A stretch of 26,508 nucleotides of DNA from a virus (taxonomy: Duplodnaviria; Caudoviricetes). Position 1 is the first letter of the stretch, and each line of letters starts with the position of its first letter. Shown here piece after piece: positions 23,578-26,508 of the stretch. The stretch spans positions 1 through 26,508 of the IMG/VR virus record IMGVR_UViG_3300044878_000211. One strand, 5' to 3'. Position numbers and translations under genes: made by a program. Below the pieces are notes generated by a model. That model had not been told where the DNA came from. It made no database searches and saw nothing but the letters and a program-made list of their open reading frames with translations.

Positions 23578-24870
23578 ATGCCGAAAACCCTGCAGGTCGC
23601 GCTGTCCGATGCGGCCATTAAAAAGCACGCCGCTGACCTCGAGGTCGGTGAACTCAACGACCCACGGCACCCGCTGCGCTTTCGCTACCGGCTCAAGGAT
23701 CGCGGCAAGGGCAGTTGGTATGTGGTGCGCCGGGGTAAGTGGAAGAAGGCCGGCAACTGGCCGGAAATCAACGCCCGGACCATGCTCGACAATCTGCCCC
23801 TGGTGCTGTCGCGCCTTCAGGTTGATCCGGCGGCGGTGGCCACGGTTGGCGCCTGGAGCACCGTCGGCCAGTTGCTCACCTGGTATGCCGAACGGGTCGA
23901 GGTCGGTCGCACCTTGTCTAAGCCCCGGCGCAGCACCGTGCTCTCGGCGATCCGCCGGCAACTGGTACCGCGTCTGGGGGATTTGCCGTTGGCTGACCTC
24001 AATAAGACCAGCGTGGACGAGCGTCTGTACCTGCCCTTGCAAGCTGAACGCAGCCTGGCCCATGTCCGTGCCGTGTTTGCCGTACTCAAGTTGGCCTGTC
24101 GCCGTGCCGTGGCCCTGGACCGTCTGCCGGACGATCCGCTGGCCGGGATCTCGTTTGGTCAGTTCAATAAAGCCCTGATCAAACCCAAGGGTGCGCGGTT
24201 GCGCCATACCGCGACCCCGGCGCTGCTGGCTCACTGGGCCGAGTCCTTGGCCTCGAGGCCGCGTCACGTGACCTTTGCTGTGCTGATGCTGGCCCATGGC
24301 ACCCGCCTCAATGAAACCCGCCTGGCGCGCTGGCAGGACGTCGACCTGGTCAATGCCGAGTGGTTTATCCCGGCGCGGGTGACTAAGGGTGGCCGCGATC
24401 ATGTCCTGCCGCTGACCGCTCAGGCCGTCGCCTTCCTCAAGACCCATCAAAAGCGCCAGTTCGTCCGTGAGCGCTACACCGGGGCCTTTCTCTTTCCCTC
24501 GACCACTCGACCCGGCCAGCCGATCAGCCGTGCGCAGGCCTTTGAACTGTTCACCTGGTTAGGCCAAGGCGAATGGACCAGTCACGACCTGCGAAAACTC
24601 GCCCGGACCACCTGGGCCGAGTTGGGTGTGGATTCGTTGGTCGGTCGGCTGCTGCTCAATCAGACCCTGCCGATCCTCGAAGCCACCTATGTGCAAAGCA
24701 CCGCCATGGCCCGCAAGCGTGAAGCCCTGGAGCGCTGGCACGCCTGGCTCGATGAGCGCGGGTTTGCCGCCCTGCACCATGCGACCCCGGCAAGATCGGC
24801 GGATATCGACACCCCTGTGCAGCCCGCTCCCGCCGTGGCCTGCGCGGCCACTTCGCAACCTAACGTATAA
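23578..24870 (+). CDS. Tyrosine recombinase / integrase family protein
   Basis: 430 aa; arm-binding-like N-terminus; HGTRLNE (R), TKGG (K), SHDLRK (HxxR), LLNQ (H/W position), ATY (Y); AAGGAGG RBS. Confidence 0.9.
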   Translation: MPKTLQVALSDAAIKKHAADLEVGELNDPRHPLRFRYRLKDRGKGSWYVVRRGKWKKAGNWPEINARTMLDNLPLVLSRLQVDPAAVATVGAWSTVGQLLTWYAERVEVGRTLSKPRRSTVLSAIRRQLVPRLGDLPLADLNKTSVDERLYLPLQAERSLAHVRAVFAVLKLACRRAVALDRLPDDPLAGISFGQFNKALIKPKGARLRHTATPALLAHWAESLASRPRHVTFAVLMLAHGTRLNETRLARWQDVDLVNAEWFIPARVTKGGRDHVLPLTAQAVAFLKTHQKRQFVRERYTGAFLFPSTTRPGQPISRAQAFELFTWLGQGEWTSHDLRKLARTTWAELGVDSLVGRLLLNQTLPILEATYVQSTAMARKREALERWHAWLDERGFAALHHATPARSADIDTPVQPAPAVACAATSQPNV

Positions 24871-24882
24871 GAGGATCTAAAC

Positions 24883-25059
24883 ATGGACAATCTACCGAAA
24901 GCGCGCCAAGTCCTGGTGGTCAGTACCGGTCCTTTGGCGGCGTTTAAGTTCGGGTTCTGGAGCCTGCTTGGTGCAGCGACGGCGGGTTATTCGCTGCTGG
25001 CCTTGCACCGCTACTTGCGCTTGGGTTGGGGGCTGTTGCGCACCTGGTGGGGGTTGTGA
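24883..25059 (+). CDS. Small hydrophobic protein, 58 aa (not in ORF track)
   Basis: GAGGA RBS; MDNLPKARQVLVVSTGPLAAFKFGFWSLLGAATAGYSLLALHRYLRLGWGLLRTWWGL. Confidence 0.55.
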   Translation: MDNLPKARQVLVVSTGPLAAFKFGFWSLLGAATAGYSLLALHRYLRLGWGLLRTWWGL

Positions 25060-25061
25060 GC

Positions 25062-25184
25062 ATGCGGCCCATGGATGTGTTGAGGATGGAGCGCGAAGCC
25101 CAGATCGCTCGCTGGAAGTCCCGGATTAAATCGGTCTGCTTGGTGCTGGGCAGCGTGGCGTTGATCTTGTGGCTGGGGGTCTGA
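25062..25184 (+). CDS. Small C-tail-anchored membrane peptide, 40 aa (not in ORF track)
   Basis: MRPMDVLRMEREAQIARWKSRIKSVCLVLGSVALILWLGV; tiles exactly between its neighbours. Confidence 0.5.
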   Translation: MRPMDVLRMEREAQIARWKSRIKSVCLVLGSVALILWLGV

Positions 25185-25186
25185 GC

Positions 25187-25534
25187 ATGGGTGACGAAGG
25201 CAAAAGCCCCGAGGCGATCCGCAAGGCCGAGCAGCGTGAGCGGGATGCCGCGTCCGGGGTTGAGGTGCTGTCGCTGCGCCTGGGGCCGGTGGAGCTGGCC
25301 ATGCTGCGTGAAGGTCAGCAGGCCCGCGGTGGTGATGAGCCGTACAGTGCCGTCGAATACCTGGCCACCTTGCTGCGCCGTGACCATGCCTGGCTCCAGC
25401 AACAGCAGGGCTTGGTCGCCGGGCGGATCTGCGGGCAATGCCGCAAGCCCCTGCCGCAGGGTTGTGGCCGGGTCTGGATCGGGGAGGTGTCGGTGTGTGA
25501 ACTGGCGCAGGTTGAGCGTGCGATGCAGTTGTGA
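25187..25534 (+). CDS. Phage protein with RHH-like region and Cys cluster
   Basis: IRKAEQRERD...G, PYS..EYL.TLLRRD, CGQCRKPLP.GC. Confidence 0.65.
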   Translation: MGDEGKSPEAIRKAEQRERDAASGVEVLSLRLGPVELAMLREGQQARGGDEPYSAVEYLATLLRRDHAWLQQQQGLVAGRICGQCRKPLPQGCGRVWIGEVSVCELAQVERAMQL

Positions 25535-25571
25535 CAGGTCACACCGGTAAAGATTGACAAAAGAGCGGTTA

Positions 25572-25632
25572 GACAGATTTACTGTTTTTTTACAGGAATA
25601 CTGTTTACATCCGTGACAGTTTCCCCTAGCAT
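25572..25632 (+). promoter_or_regulatory. Late promoter (pR'-like) with two operator-like sites
   Basis: TTTACA-N17-TAGCAT (25604-25632); GACA-N7-TGTT (25572-86) and TACA-N7-TGTT (25591-605). Confidence 0.55.
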
Positions 25633-25686
25633 TTGCTCCATCGTGGTGTTCTTGCGGACGCGGCGACTACCTGTGATGCACCCCTC

Positions 25687-25721
25687 AACCCCCAGGCCTC
25701 CCCAGCCCTGGGGGTTTTTTT
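25687..25721 (+). terminator. tR'-like intrinsic terminator ahead of holin
   Basis: AACCCCCAGG-N10-CCTGGGGGTT followed by TTTTT. Confidence 0.8.
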
Positions 25722-25763
25722 ATGCCTGCTCCACTGCCTGGAGCCCCTGACGAGCGCCTGACC

Positions 25764-26087
25764 ATGCCGGATAAACCTGACACCTGGGCTTGGCTGCTCG
25801 CCGAACTGCGGCAGCACGCGCCGTTGCTCTATGCCGCGCTGCTGTCGTGCTGGATCGCTTTCTTGCGGGTGATGTACAGCGGCGCCGGCTGGCGTGCCGG
25901 TGTGCTCGAGGGCTGTCTGTGCGGGGCCATCACGGCCGGGGTGTTCCCGGTGTTGGGCTACTTCAATCTGCCGGCTGAACTGGCCGCGGCCATGGGCGCC
26001 GCTATCGGCACCTTGGGCGTGAAGAAGATCACCGCCTTGGCGGATCGTTATGCCAGTTCCAAGGTGCCGCCGAGTGCCGGCGCATGA
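25764..26087 (+). CDS. Holin, lambda S-like family
   Basis: MPDKPDTWAWLL, IA.LR..Y.G, LEG.LCG, three TM segments, IG.LGV.K. Confidence 0.9.
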   Translation: MPDKPDTWAWLLAELRQHAPLLYAALLSCWIAFLRVMYSGAGWRAGVLEGCLCGAITAGVFPVLGYFNLPAELAAAMGAAIGTLGVKKITALADRYASSKVPPSAGA

Positions 26088-26395
26088 GCGAGGTCAAGCG
26101 GCACCGCCGCCACGACGGCAGCCCACGGATCACTGGCCGGGCTTTGCAGCGGCGCCGCTTGAGTGTCTGGACTAAAGACCCGACCTGCGCTGTGTGTGGT
26201 CGGGTCGTGGACTTTCCGTCCGGCTTCGAGCTGGACCACCGCACCCCTTTGTTCAAGGGCGGCGAAGACACCGAGGCCAACTGCCAGGTGCTCTGCAATG
26301 GGGTCAATGGTTGCCATGAGAAGAAGACGGCGGCCGACCTCGGCTACCGCCATCGCGAGACCATCGGCCTCGACGGCTACCCCGTCCAGGGCTGA
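26084..26395 (+). CDS. HNH endonuclease (terminase-associated, HK97 gp74-like)
   Basis: CAVCG, ELDH..PL.KGG.D...N.QVLC....CH.KKT. Confidence 0.92.
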   Translation: MSEVKRHRRHDGSPRITGRALQRRRLSVWTKDPTCAVCGRVVDFPSGFELDHRTPLFKGGEDTEANCQVLCNGVNGCHEKKTAADLGYRHRETIGLDGYPVQG

Positions 26396-26429
26396 CCCAA
26401 TGGGAGCGGTTCGCATCGCGCGCACCACA

Positions 26430-26508
26430 GGGGAGGGGGGGGTCAAAAACCTCAGAACCTTGCTCAGCGGAAACCGATCGCTCCCCTCTTTACGCACAAC
26501 CGCGAAAA
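26430..26508 (+). other. Putative cos packaging region
   Basis: G-run GGGGAGGGGGGGG-TCAAAA ... GGAAACCG ... TTTACGC..CGCGAAAA after HNH, the layout typical of 3'-cos phages just before terS. Confidence 0.55.

Noticed and set aside
20122-25619. CTGT...ACAG words at 20122, 25582 and 25601 as LexA boxes
   Set aside because: Spacers are 5, 6 and 11 nt rather than 8; they arise from adjacent phage operators.
25722-25763. Upstream ATG as holin/antiholin dual start
   Set aside because: The ATG directly follows the terminator T-tract with no RBS; family N-terminus MPDKPDTW starts at 25764.

Overview
GC-rich (Pseudomonas-like) temperate phage that appears to be a phage-plasmid. The window covers almost everything except the terminase/head genes. 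Left arm (1-12379): Mu-like contractile tail operon (DUF2635, sheath, tube, frameshifting chaperone, tape measure, gpN, baseplate, fibre and chaperone), then GH19 endolysin and Rz/Rz1 spanins. Middle (12380-19000): plasmid-type maintenance functions where an integrase/att module would normally sit. These are an IncFII-RepA-like initiator with a translationally coupled 29-aa leader and a predicted ~77-nt antisense RNA, a probable downstream origin, a dif-like XerCD site, small accessory genes, and a type Ib ParA + ribbon-helix-helix partition operon. 8-bp GCTAATTA-type arrays, likely bound by that adaptor, are dispersed at six sites. Right arm (19000-26508): cI/cro-like switch whose repressor seems to lack the catalytic Lys, early genes, a Q-like regulator, an internal tyrosine recombinase, late promoter/terminator, holin, HNH nuclease and a cos-like region. 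All family assignments come from motif recognition by eye, not from database searches.
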